Positions 51,329-60,631 of a stretch of DNA of 64,000 bases are shown in pieces (the first letter of the stretch is position 1; every line of letters starts with the position of its first letter). Where the stretch lies: positions 5,505-69,504 of the IMG/VR virus record IMGVR_UViG_3300037067_003427. One strand, 5' to 3'. A program made the position numbers and the translations under genes. The notes below the pieces were generated by a model, which did not search any database, was not told where the DNA came from, and worked only from the letters and a program-made list of their open reading frames with translations. The stretch is from a virus. Lineage: Duplodnaviria; Caudoviricetes.

Positions 51329-53007
51329 CGTTCTTTCATAACCTTGTCTAAATGTAGTTTCAAAGCATCAAGTGTCAATGTGCTTCCATCAACATTCTTT
51401 ATATCCAAAGCAACGTATTTGCTTCTAATACCTTTTCCGATTTTAACTCTCACTCCGGTTTCGGTAATGTAAATCCCCTCAAGACTATATTCATATTCTT
51501 CACCATCCGGTTGAATCACCGTAAGGATAATATCACCACTTGATTTGTACGAAAACCATACCTGTTTCAGTTTCTTTTTAAATCTCTGTTCGAGATCAAG
51601 ATAACCAGTCCGGAAGTTCCAATCAATAATAGTTCCATCATCTGTGGTCCCTGTAGAAAGATCAACTATCTTTGTCGAAGTGGCTCCGAAAGACTTTCCG
51701 TTAAACTGACACATGGAATTGAAATCATAATTGTCATAAAGCGTAAGTGCTTTGTTCTTAATATTCATAACCATTGAAAGATAATTTGCAACAACTGCTA
51801 GAGATGAACCTGTTATAACAAGAGAAGGTAATGTGATACTCGCACTTCCCTCTATAGACATTATTCCTGTAGCAGATATACTTATCGGGGGAATAGATTT
51901 GTCAAACGAACCGATTATCCCGGAAAGTGCTTCAGCAACTAATGTCATCATGGGAAGCGTTATATTCGCAGTTCCTATTTCATTTATCTGGCCTTCAGCA
52001 AGCAACGTCAGTCTGGGAAGATCGATAAGAGCCGAACCTATATTGTTCGGTGTTCCTATTCCAGTTATAGATAGTAATGGAAGCGTCAGCAAACCATCAC
52101 CAGAAACATCCAGAATCCCTTCAGCGGTGATAGTAAGGGATGGTAATGAGAATACCCCTATCCCTATTGTTTCATCAAATCCCTCTCCTGAAATGGTTAT
52201 GGCGGGCAAGATAATATAAGGAGCTTCGCCGGTGGCGTTCATAAAATAAGTCATCGTACTGCCAACCGAAAGACGAAGGGGGATAGACGCACTTATTTTA
52301 GGAGGAGTTCCGATAGTACCACTTATTGATGCAGTTATGGCAATCGAAGCGGAAATGGTTGTAACAGCGAGTGTGCCGCCCATGGACATTGTAAAGGGAA
52401 GTGTCGCTTCCATGTCTCCATACGCACCCTTCATTAAAGTAGAGGGCATGCTCATAGTAATAGGAATGGAAGCATTTATAGTCGGAACAGAAGATGTTTC
52501 GTCAAGATGGACTGCCTTGGCAATATCAGTAACGCAATCATAAATATCACGATATGCGGAGTTCGTTGACCCGTTATTTACGATAATCCATTGTATTGCT
52601 TTTCCAGAAACCCATCCCGCTTGGTCAAGAATCTCCTGAAGGATAGGTGATACGTCAGGGCTGTCATATGCGACACCACTCCCGAAGGCGGGAACAGTCC
52701 AGTCCACATATGCAGTAGTTTTGACAAGGGCATTTCCTTCAGCGGCTGATGTAGGGGCAACGGCATCTATTGAAAGGTTTCCGTATATTCTTACATTGCA
52801 GACGGTAAGAGCTGTACTTCCTATTCCTGTAACAGTAAGGGTAGCCGCACTTACAATATCTCCATGAGCCGGAGTAAATGATGGCATACGAATAAACGCA
52901 TTGTAAGGACCACCACCATCACCAAAAGTAATCGTTCCCGTACCGCTAAAGATTGCACCGTACCAACAACCATCATCACCGGCTACGGCTGGTTTGTATT
53001 CACCCAT
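51325..53007 (-). CDS. Tail protein: N-terminal putative glycan-binding domain, about 22-aa LPx(L/I)xIx(A/G)xG repeats, C-terminal tail-nozzle-like domain
   Basis: Periodic repeats ILPAITISGEG / SLPSLTITAEG / TLPLLSITGIG / DLPRLTLLAEG / TLPMMTLVAEA; C-terminal YDNYDFNSM...RTGYLDL. Confidence 0.6.
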   Translation of the reverse strand: MGEYKPAVAGDDGCWYGAIFSGTGTITFGDGGGPYNAFIRMPSFTPAHGDIVSAATLTVTGIGSTALTVCNVRIYGNLSIDAVAPTSAAEGNALVKTTAYVDWTVPAFGSGVAYDSPDVSPILQEILDQAGWVSGKAIQWIIVNNGSTNSAYRDIYDCVTDIAKAVHLDETSSVPTINASIPITMSMPSTLMKGAYGDMEATLPFTMSMGGTLAVTTISASIAITASISGTIGTPPKISASIPLRLSVGSTMTYFMNATGEAPYIILPAITISGEGFDETIGIGVFSLPSLTITAEGILDVSGDGLLTLPLLSITGIGTPNNIGSALIDLPRLTLLAEGQINEIGTANITLPMMTLVAEALSGIIGSFDKSIPPISISATGIMSIEGSASITLPSLVITGSSLAVVANYLSMVMNIKNKALTLYDNYDFNSMCQFNGKSFGATSTKIVDLSTGTTDDGTIIDWNFRTGYLDLEQRFKKKLKQVWFSYKSSGDIILTVIQPDGEEYEYSLEGIYITETGVRVKIGKGIRSKYVALDIKNVDGSTLTLDALKLHLDKVMKER

Positions 53008-53020
53008 TTGCTACACCTCT

Positions 53021-53464
53021 CTATGAAAGAGATATTGGAGCCGTAAGCAAGGAAACAACACCACCCGCAGTGATCGAAACAGCATTGATAACAAAAACAC
53101 ATGTAGAAGCTGTTCCAACATCACCATCAATAACGTGAGTTGCCGCTGATCCGGTATATCCCAGACCAACCGTTTTCATTCTTGCCCATCCAGCCGTTCC
53201 CGTTGTAGCTGCCGTTCCCGTATATCCTGCTGCATTTGCCAAGGCTGCCGTGCCTGATGTTGCTCCACCAGTTGTTGCCCATCCTATACCCGTAATGGTG
53301 CAAAGAAGAGTTCCACTGGTAGCCGAATCAGCATCTGCCGGTTGTGCGCCGGTGTATATTTCAAGTTGTGCCGTTCCGCCTGTTCCGCAGGTTCCAGCCA
53401 TGCACTTAACAATTCCAGCACTTATGGCATATTCTTTGAGGTCTAAACTTAATTTCAAGGCCAT
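53021..53464 (-). CDS. Virion structural protein, paralog of 53479-53934
   Basis: Shared motifs (IYTGAQPADAD / IYTGSQPVSAD, GWAR, D(G/M)xVG). Confidence 0.65.
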   Translation of the reverse strand: MALKLSLDLKEYAISAGIVKCMAGTCGTGGTAQLEIYTGAQPADADSATSGTLLCTITGIGWATTGGATSGTAALANAAGYTGTAATTGTAGWARMKTVGLGYTGSAATHVIDGDVGTASTCVFVINAVSITAGGVVSLLTAPISLS

Positions 53465-53478
53465 CGTTATTACCTCCT

Positions 53479-53934
53479 TTACTCAGCCGTTTCAGTAATG
53501 CTAAATGTGTTAATCGTAAGAGTAGAATCCAATGTCAGCGAAGTATGTGACAGATTTAGGTCAGCGCCGGAAACTCCTACACTCATATCAATTCTATTTT
53601 CTGTTGCCGAGGTTCCTGAAGTTCCACCAGTTCCGTAAAATCTTGCCCATCCAGCTACACCAGCAAGAATAACCTTTCCACTCCATACAGGCACCGTAAG
53701 GGGAAGCGTTCCAGTTGCCGCAGTTCCGAAGCGAAGACCGTCTGAAGCGGCTGTTCCGCTTGTAGAACTGATACGAACCAGTTTGCTTCCTGTTTCTACA
53801 TAGTCAGCACTTACGGGTTGCGAACCAGTGTAAATGTCCAAAAACCCACCTACCAAGATAGATTTCAGTCCTCCCGTACCCGTATAACCATCCAATAACT
53901 TGTTACGAATTCCCGTTGATAACCGAACAGCCAT
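53479..53934 (-). CDS. Virion structural protein
   Basis: MAVRLSTGIRNKLL...IYTGSQP.SAD motif common in podovirus tail modules. Confidence 0.65.
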   Translation of the reverse strand: MAVRLSTGIRNKLLDGYTGTGGLKSILVGGFLDIYTGSQPVSADYVETGSKLVRISSTSGTAASDGLRFGTAATGTLPLTVPVWSGKVILAGVAGWARFYGTGGTSGTSATENRIDMSVGVSGADLNLSHTSLTLDSTLTINTFSITETAE

Positions 53935-53946
53935 GGCGTCCTCCTT

Positions 53947-54855
53947 TTAATACAATGAATTAATGTAATGACGAACATTATTTTTATCCCTGACGAAAGC
54001 CGTTCCTCTACCTCTTGCTGTGAATGTGTATCTTGCTTCTGTCAGATTAACTACCTTTCCGCTATTGTCACCGAGACATATCCCGTTTTCACTTGTCCAT
54101 ATTGCCACATCACCATCTATACTGTCATCGACATACTTTCCCGCAACCAGTATATCCGTGTAAGGAATAGCCGGAGATGGGAATACGCCATCCCTTGCAA
54201 ACTCATCATTCCCTTTTCCTTTGATAAACCACACCTGATCGTCAGAAACATAAATCCCATTGTCCACGATGGAACGTAGCATAGTAATCCGTTTATTGAA
54301 GATTCGGTATCCGGTACGAACATCATAGTAGTCGCATAGTGGATCTGAAATATAGAGGATGTTATCTTTGGCAACCAGAAGGCATCCTTTATGAACTTCG
54401 ATAAACTGTCCTGCCGGAAGTGGCTCTTTAAACTCTCTCGCCGGTGTCATCAAAGCATTGTCAACATCCTTTGAGATATATCCAATCTGGTGTTCGTTGG
54501 TGTAGTAAATCCTGTCATTGAATGAAGCATAGGACATTCTTGCACCTGCAAAAAGATCACTTCTAATGATGACCTGATTATAAACGGTATCCAGTTTATA
54601 GAAAATTACTCCATCCACATAGAGCATCGTCACATTGTCAGACCACAAGGAATGAATATCAGTTCCCGTTAGGACTGTTGTGAAACCGGAACGTGAAGAA
54701 ATGGCATAGGTATTGTCAATATCCACATTGTTCGCCTGTTGAAGAGGATAAACCTGTTCCGTTCTGCTTATGGCAATAGGAAAAAGCCTTGTCGCAGAAT
54801 CGACTGTATTTATTCCAGAGAACTTATCTACAGACTGTTGAATTGCAATATCCAT
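53947..54855 (-). CDS. Tail tubular/nozzle-type protein
   Basis: FSGINTV...NNVDID...SRSG N-terminus; beta-rich; located in the tail module. Confidence 0.55.
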   Translation of the reverse strand: MDIAIQQSVDKFSGINTVDSATRLFPIAISRTEQVYPLQQANNVDIDNTYAISSRSGFTTVLTGTDIHSLWSDNVTMLYVDGVIFYKLDTVYNQVIIRSDLFAGARMSYASFNDRIYYTNEHQIGYISKDVDNALMTPAREFKEPLPAGQFIEVHKGCLLVAKDNILYISDPLCDYYDVRTGYRIFNKRITMLRSIVDNGIYVSDDQVWFIKGKGNDEFARDGVFPSPAIPYTDILVAGKYVDDSIDGDVAIWTSENGICLGDNSGKVVNLTEARYTFTARGRGTAFVRDKNNVRHYINSLY

Positions 54856-54918
54856 TACTTCTTCCTTTCAATGCCATACCCTTTTTTCTTACCGGGTTTC
54901 CAGCCATGTTCCACAGCA

Positions 54919-57876
54919 TTAAGAAGTCGCTCTTGTGACTTCGCCTTCTCTAAAGTTGTTCCTTTGCTTTTTATCCCTTTTGGCGTGCTCACCTGATAAT
55001 GACTTCCCTTTTTCTTTATCGTTACTGGCATGTAACACCTCCATAACCTTTTCTATTTCTTCTATCACACGCTCTTCGGTGATGTCTTTTGTGCAAATAT
55101 AATCCTTGTTTCTTGGACACCAATCGAACCCTCTATCTATAGGAAGAGAAGGGTCATGAAAGCATCCGGGGTTACATACATCAATAGAAATCCTGTGTTC
55201 ATTTGGGAAGTCATTCTCTTCTATGGAAACACCTGTAATCATAATACACGGCTTGTTGAGAGCATAGGCAATCCATGAAGGACCAGCATTAAGTCCTATA
55301 TAAAAATCACACCCTGCAACATCATTTATCGTCTGTTCAATCGGTTGCCCGTTGTGGCTTATGATACCTTCTAGGTTACCCTTTTCAGCACTTATTGAAA
55401 TGCACTCATATCCTTGAGCGTTCAAGTAATCGATAATCTTCTGCCATGCACCTTCACGGTTCCATAACTTATTCTTCATAGTTGAAAACTCCGAGAAGCA
55501 AACATAGGGTTTTGCCGGATTACCGTTGCCTCTTTTTGGGATTTGATACTTCAACTTCGCCCGAATAGGTTCGTATTCCAATCCAAGAATATCAGAAGCA
55601 ACCTTCTGAAGATTCGTTTCCCGCCAGTTCTTCACATTCTTGTCGAGTTGGTCATCAAAGCATCCTACTTCATAGGTAGCGTAAATGTCTTTAATCTCAC
55701 TTCCGGGGGTAATGAATTCGATATCCGGATAATCGAATATGTTTCTCCACCATGTTGAACAGTAAACCTTACACTCATGTTTCTTCCGGAACTCGTCAAC
55801 ATAAGGTATCCATGCAATCGTATCACCAAGGGCTTTTGACCCCATGGAGATAATGACGTTCTTCCCTTTTAAATCGATTTTATGCTCAAATTTTACATTT
55901 CCACCGAGGGATGCTTTCACAGTCCAGTCCTGATAATACTTTGTCTTGGATCTGCTCCACATTCCTACTTTCTGTTTGAGGTTATAGACGTTTTCCGCTT
56001 CTTTGGTACTCCATGCAATATCGTATTCGTTATTGGACATGCTCGAAGAACCGATAATCTGAAGGAATGCACCATCTACAAAATGACACAGGAACCGATC
56101 TTCGCCCCATAGAGTTCGATCTGCCTGATCGAAACGGTTCACAATATCCATCTTGATGAACTCGACATTCTTTTCAATGTCGTAAATCTTGGAAACGTGT
56201 TCATAAAGCCATCGTTCTGCAAGGAACCTATGTTCGGGATAACGGCTTGCGTATTCTTCCCATGAGGAAAGATAGGGGTATATCTTGTCCATGACTTCTG
56301 TTTTAGCCGCCATTAAATGACCGCCGAACGTCTTTGGATCACCTTCCCACTGTAAACAGATCATGTCCTTATCGGAGTTATGAACTTTGTTTAACCAGTC
56401 GTTTAAATCCACTTCCACATCGAAAGACATCTGGTAAATCCAGTCGAATTTCCCTCTGGCAAAATTGATTCCATTACGAAGGTTGTTAAGACCAGCCACG
56501 GCATGATACTGAACTCTCGCCCTCTTTTGTTCCATTGAACCATCTGGGAGTTGCCGCCAATAAACAGGATGGTCATCTCCGGAAAGGATGTCTTTCTTTT
56601 CGTAAACAAAGTAATCAGCCATCGTCATAACTTCAGTAGGAACAGGATAGTGAGAAGTGACAATAACTTCATATCCAGCCCTGTGAATCTGTTCGATGGT
56701 TTCCTTTAGGGTTTCCATCTTGGCAGGAGTATCAGGCCAGCAATCTACAGCAAATACAGTGCTTCTCTTTTTCATGTCTGTAATGTCATAACCGTGACTT
56801 CGGGCATAAGATTTGATTTCCTTTTCAGTATTTACTACTTCAAACGGTTTTTCCAGATGTCTGGAAAACTCATTAAGAATCTCCATGGCTGTTTCTGCTG
56901 CCTTTGCCCACGAGAACTTCGTCCGTATCATTTCAGATAGCTTTAAAGCCTTCTCTTTATGTTCTGAATAGTTTTCATAAACGTCCTTCATCTTCTCAAC
57001 GAGATTATTGTAATCCGGCTCTCCCCACTGACCGGGAACATCCCAGTTTCCATAAATCCCTTCCGGTTTCTTTAATTCGCTGATCCGGACAACAATAGCA
57101 TCTCCTGCATATTCGGTAGAGCCGCCAAAATCGGAGCATATGGACGGAATTCCACACGCCATTGACTCGATGAGAGGCAGGTTCCATCCTTCTGAACGAG
57201 CGCAGGTAACCACACAGTGCGCCGCCTGAAGCCGCCTGATATAATCCGGCCTTGCTTCATAATGTATAGGGATGATTCGTGAGTCTTCGAGGCCATATGC
57301 TTTTAACCTTTCTTCTGTTGAGTTGTAATTGTCCGAAGGAAAAAGGGTATCCGCTGAAAGATAAAGACGAACATTTGGATTATCTGGGAACGCTTTTAAG
57401 AACGATTCACATATCTCTTTGGTTGATTTTCTTGCTTGCCACTGACCTACATGAACAAAATTAAAGTTTGGCTGAGAGTACACTATGTTTTCTCCTCCCG
57501 GCTCCTTCTTTTTTGGTTTATAGACTTCTGGGTCAACACCTTCATGAACCACTCGAATAAATTCCTCTGGTACTCCTTGAGCAATGGCACATGACTTTTC
57601 CCATTCCGAAACAAGCCAAAGCTGATCGTAATACTTAAGGTTGACAAGAAACTGTGCCGGGTACTGAGTCGATTCCCAGACCGTATAAAGGATACTTGGT
57701 GAAGGTGGAAACTTGATTATCTGTGACGCTGTAACAACATCAAGCAAAGAAATGTGAACATCTCCCTTTCCTTCAAACTTTACCGTTGCCAGTTTCGCAA
57801 GCTGTTCCGTAAATCTGGAAGCATGGACTTGATAACCTGTTCGTTCTCCAATAGAACCGTGAAATACTATGTTCAT
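54919..57876 (-). CDS. Multi-domain glycosyltransferase: GT4-like GT-B domain + middle domain + TibC/Aah-like (autotransporter heptosyltransferase-type) domain
   Basis: N-terminal HVGQWQARK...RSEGWNLPLIESMACGIP; C-terminal SKALGDTIAWIPYV, KLWN...WQKIIDYL, FYIGLNAGPSWIAYAL and Cys set CNPGC...WCP...ICTK. Confidence 0.82.
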   Translation of the reverse strand: MNIVFHGSIGERTGYQVHASRFTEQLAKLATVKFEGKGDVHISLLDVVTASQIIKFPPSPSILYTVWESTQYPAQFLVNLKYYDQLWLVSEWEKSCAIAQGVPEEFIRVVHEGVDPEVYKPKKKEPGGENIVYSQPNFNFVHVGQWQARKSTKEICESFLKAFPDNPNVRLYLSADTLFPSDNYNSTEERLKAYGLEDSRIIPIHYEARPDYIRRLQAAHCVVTCARSEGWNLPLIESMACGIPSICSDFGGSTEYAGDAIVVRISELKKPEGIYGNWDVPGQWGEPDYNNLVEKMKDVYENYSEHKEKALKLSEMIRTKFSWAKAAETAMEILNEFSRHLEKPFEVVNTEKEIKSYARSHGYDITDMKKRSTVFAVDCWPDTPAKMETLKETIEQIHRAGYEVIVTSHYPVPTEVMTMADYFVYEKKDILSGDDHPVYWRQLPDGSMEQKRARVQYHAVAGLNNLRNGINFARGKFDWIYQMSFDVEVDLNDWLNKVHNSDKDMICLQWEGDPKTFGGHLMAAKTEVMDKIYPYLSSWEEYASRYPEHRFLAERWLYEHVSKIYDIEKNVEFIKMDIVNRFDQADRTLWGEDRFLCHFVDGAFLQIIGSSSMSNNEYDIAWSTKEAENVYNLKQKVGMWSRSKTKYYQDWTVKASLGGNVKFEHKIDLKGKNVIISMGSKALGDTIAWIPYVDEFRKKHECKVYCSTWWRNIFDYPDIEFITPGSEIKDIYATYEVGCFDDQLDKNVKNWRETNLQKVASDILGLEYEPIRAKLKYQIPKRGNGNPAKPYVCFSEFSTMKNKLWNREGAWQKIIDYLNAQGYECISISAEKGNLEGIISHNGQPIEQTINDVAGCDFYIGLNAGPSWIAYALNKPCIMITGVSIEENDFPNEHRISIDVCNPGCFHDPSLPIDRGFDWCPRNKDYICTKDITEERVIEEIEKVMEVLHASNDKEKGKSLSGEHAKRDKKQRNNFREGEVTRATS
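56851..56866. repeat. Dispersed 16-bp quasi-palindrome, copy 9
   Basis: TTCCAGATGTCTGGAA inside the CDS (FSRHLE). Confidence 0.95.
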
Positions 57877-57887
57877 ATCTTCTCCTT

Positions 57888-57978
57888 CTCCCTCAAAGGG
57901 TTTTCCCTCATATTAAGGTGCTTCCGGGCGCGTTTGCTGAGGGAGGTGCAAACTGAGTTATAGGCTCTGCCCGGAAGC
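57888..57978 (-). promoter_or_regulatory. Structured leader in front of the glycosyltransferase gene
   Basis: 10-bp stem GCTTCCGGGC/GCCCGGAAGC enclosing GTTTGC-ACCTCCCTCA-GCAAAC; the loop is complementary to TGAGGGAG next to the SD sequence. Confidence 0.5.
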
Positions 57979-57980
57979 CT

Positions 57981-58220
57981 CTATTCTTCCTTCTTTTCTC
58001 CAAACGACTGGAGAGCTTTGGCGCAAAGCACGCCTACAAGTAATCCAGCATTATTAACTCCCATGTCTACAAAGGATGCAGTTTTGATACACTGATAATC
58101 CCATACCAGTATAATATCCAAAACGACAAAGATGGTAAGAATTCGCATTACAGAAACATCTTTACTGTTACTGAATAGTTTATGAATCCATTTTTTCATT
58201 TCCATGTCTCCTCGAAACAT
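57981..58220 (-). CDS. Putative holin
   Basis: Two hydrophobic segments and a charged C-terminus, in the lysis cassette. Confidence 0.5.
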   Translation of the reverse strand: MFRGDMEMKKWIHKLFSNSKDVSVMRILTIFVVLDIILVWDYQCIKTASFVDMGVNNAGLLVGVLCAKALQSFGEKKEE

Positions 58221-58417
58221 CGAACTTGAGTTAAAAGTTGATTCGAGTACACCACTTCATTGAAATAGTTTTGAATCAAATTCTCCCCACCTTTCATTCT
58301 AATTGGAGGGTTTGGACTCAGGCACGTTGGTTTTAAAGGCATCACAGCCTTCGGGCAACACGCCAGAACCATTAGCGTAATCCACAATACAATCATTAGC
58401 TTTAGTAATGTTTGCAT
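58196..58417 (-). CDS. Rz1-like outer-membrane spanin (lipoprotein)
   Basis: Signal peptide with lipobox-like VLA-C; Pro-rich mature part; overlaps the 3' end of the i-spanin gene. Confidence 0.7.
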   Translation of the reverse strand: MQTLLKLMIVLWITLMVLACCPKAVMPLKPTCLSPNPPIRMKGGENLIQNYFNEVVYSNQLLTQVRCFEETWK

Positions 58418-58709
58418 CTTTTAACTTCTCCTTGCTTTCAATGGGTATCTTGGACACCATGTTTTGAAGTGGCGCCACCGCCTTCTGTATGTTCTTTAAC
58501 GCTTCATTCTGCTTCTTTATGGCATCTGCATTTTGCTGAAGGACTGTATTCTGCCGTTCCAAAACCGTTATCTGAACACCCTGTTCTTTTAATTTTATAT
58601 CTTTCGTCCAAATACTCACTCTTAAAAATGCGATATAAGAACCGACTACCACTACGGCAATCGCTATGATAATCAATGTCTTATATTTCCATATGAATGT
58701 CCACCACAT
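58299..58709 (-). CDS. Rz-like inner-membrane spanin
   Basis: N-terminal TM helix, coiled-coil, two C-terminal Cys; follows the endolysin. Confidence 0.7.
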   Translation of the reverse strand: MWWTFIWKYKTLIIIAIAVVVVGSYIAFLRVSIWTKDIKLKEQGVQITVLERQNTVLQQNADAIKKQNEALKNIQKAVAPLQNMVSKIPIESKEKLKDANITKANDCIVDYANGSGVLPEGCDAFKTNVPESKPSN

Positions 58710-58711
58710 AT

Positions 58712-59101
58712 TTATCCCCTAAATTCAAAATGAGGCGCATCTGTCTTTCCTATAAACCTACCACCCCACGTTAGACCTACTTTTTCACCTATTATACCAG
58801 CTTCAGTATATTCTGCTATTCCATCACCATCTGCATCGAGAGAGGGATTCCAAAGTATCTTTCCATTGACCATTATTGCTATGTCGAAAGCCGTGCCTTT
58901 GATATGATTTGAATTACGTGTCCATGTGACTATCTTGCCCGGTTTCGTTCTTCCTTGCTCATAGAGGGCGTTTTGCTCTATCTGTGTTCGTAGGGTGCAG
59001 GTAACGATATAATCAATTCTGGCCTGTTTCATTTCAAAATCGAACTGCCAATACTTCTTTTGAGTATCAAACGTTAAATCTTCTATTCTTCGATTACTCA
59101 T
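58712..59101 (-). CDS. Endolysin, M15 (L-Ala-D-Glu) peptidase family
   Basis: LRTQIEQNALYEQGRTKPGKIVTW...SNH...AFDI; WGG...DAPHFE. Confidence 0.9.
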   Translation of the reverse strand: MSNRRIEDLTFDTQKKYWQFDFEMKQARIDYIVTCTLRTQIEQNALYEQGRTKPGKIVTWTRNSNHIKGTAFDIAIMVNGKILWNPSLDADGDGIAEYTEAGIIGEKVGLTWGGRFIGKTDAPHFEFRG

Positions 59102-59242
59102 TTTCCCCTCTCTTCCTTTGGTAATTCGCTATTCCTGATTAATAAATTACATCTTTCCTTCCACTCTCTTGGACACAATTCCTTACTGCATATTCTACTG
59201 GTCAAAGAACATATATCGTCTTTATGATAGATAATATTCATC

Positions 59243-59698
59243 TCAGTTAAGCACATATTTTAGAATAAAATAGGTAAATACCATTATCACCGCTATTCCC
59301 GCACCACCCATAAAAGCGATTGTCAACATATTCTTAAAAAGTTTATCCCTCATGTCTGTCATCCAAATACGAAACCACTTAAATTTGTTCAGTTCTTCTA
59401 CTGAATCCTCTACTGCTACTATTCGTTTTCCGTAATCCTGAAAGATGGATTTCACGATATCGTTCATAGCGTCAAGTTTTTTATTAGTTTCCTGAACATC
59501 TCTTTCCATCCCTGTTATCTTCTGGATATATTCATACTGCCTATCCATAAGAACCTTCTGTGAACCTACCACTGATAACAACTGCGTCTCGATGCGTTCC
59601 ATTCTCTGTGCTCCATTAAGAAATGCATCCTGATGGGCATGATGATCTTTACAGTACTGATCCACAATATTCACCTCAGGGTTTGGTTTGGGTTCCAT
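59243..59698 (-). CDS. Coiled-coil protein with C-terminal TM helix (holin/antiholin-like?)
   Basis: Single C-terminal hydrophobic helix; upstream of the endolysin. Confidence 0.4.
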   Translation of the reverse strand: MEPKPNPEVNIVDQYCKDHHAHQDAFLNGAQRMERIETQLLSVVGSQKVLMDRQYEYIQKITGMERDVQETNKKLDAMNDIVKSIFQDYGKRIVAVEDSVEELNKFKWFRIWMTDMRDKLFKNMLTIAFMGGAGIAVIMVFTYFILKYVLN

Positions 59699-59701
59699 TG
59701 T

Positions 59702-60232
59702 TTATAATCCATTGTATTCAGTTATTAATGCCTCAACACTCCATCCGTTCGCCGAACACCACGCCGGGAACTTTCCTGAGTTGAAATCGCCCGGATAACC
59801 TGTTCTGTCCACCATCCATTTATTCATGGCCGGATTTGCTCCCCAATCGCGACCAGAAGGCATGACCACTTGAGGTATTCCGCCTGTTGTTGAAATGCTA
59901 AGATTCTGCAAAACTGATTCAATTTGTTCTCCCCAGGTCACAGGTACCACCCCCTTAAAATAGTCTAATAAGTATTTATTCATCATATCGACTCTGATTT
60001 TAACGTACTGCTCCGCTGTCATACCTGCTGGCGGATTGTTGTCTGACATGGTGGCATTTGCCATATCAATGACGATTTCGGGATGTGCGATTGTCCAATC
60101 TCCAACTCCTAGCCAATTCCACCATTGCCACGGTTTTTCGTCTTTCATCGCCTGGAAACAGCAAGAGTATGTGATTCCTTTGATGGTGAATTTTTGTAAT
60201 AAATGTCTTCCTGTAGCCCACGGTTGATACAT
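59702..60232 (-). CDS. Hypothetical protein, tail module
   Basis: 176 aa, Trp-rich. Confidence 0.5.
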   Translation of the reverse strand: MYQPWATGRHLLQKFTIKGITYSCCFQAMKDEKPWQWWNWLGVGDWTIAHPEIVIDMANATMSDNNPPAGMTAEQYVKIRVDMMNKYLLDYFKGVVPVTWGEQIESVLQNLSISTTGGIPQVVMPSGRDWGANPAMNKWMVDRTGYPGDFNSGKFPAWCSANGWSVEALITEYNGL

Positions 60233-60244
60233 GATTTGATCCTC

Positions 60245-60622
60245 CTATTTCTTAAACTTTGCTCTTTCAGATATTGCCTGAGCCTCGTAATCTTTGAGAT
60301 ATTGTGAGGCGTCTGGCAACTTTGCCAGTTGTTCCCGGATTGACCGGATTGAGGAAATGTCAATTTCCCTGAGAGCCGCTTTGATGGCCGATTCCGCCCG
60401 CGCAGCTGCCTCCGCCGTAAGGATCGAATCTTTTTCTGGATCGACGATGAGTTTCCCGTCAACCACTGAAAGGAATCTCCCCGCTGCCTCAATCGTCGGT
60501 ACGTTTCCCGATGCGAGCCATGCCAGATAATCGTGTTGATCCGACCGAAGAATCCGTGATCCACCGTTAAAATAATGGATTACCTGATATGTGTTTTCGT
60601 CTATGTATCTATGTGCGTACAT
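60245..60622 (-). CDS. Tail fibre assembly chaperone-like protein
   Basis: DYLAWLASGNVP motif typical of tail assembly chaperones; follows the fibre genes. Confidence 0.55.
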   Translation of the reverse strand: MYAHRYIDENTYQVIHYFNGGSRILRSDQHDYLAWLASGNVPTIEAAGRFLSVVDGKLIVDPEKDSILTAEAAARAESAIKAALREIDISSIRSIREQLAKLPDASQYLKDYEAQAISERAKFKK

Positions 60623-60631
60623 CGTTGCCTC

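Noticed and set aside
41551-56432. Partial palindrome matches (about 41555, 47897, 37620, 56423)
   Set aside because: Only about 10-12 of 16 bases match, on one arm; this is compatible with chance or codon usage, so they were not counted.
7145-56866. Palindrome as sequencing adapter or insertion-sequence scar
   Set aside because: It does not match the transposase adapter ends I know, has no target duplications, and sits in frame within otherwise intact conserved proteins.
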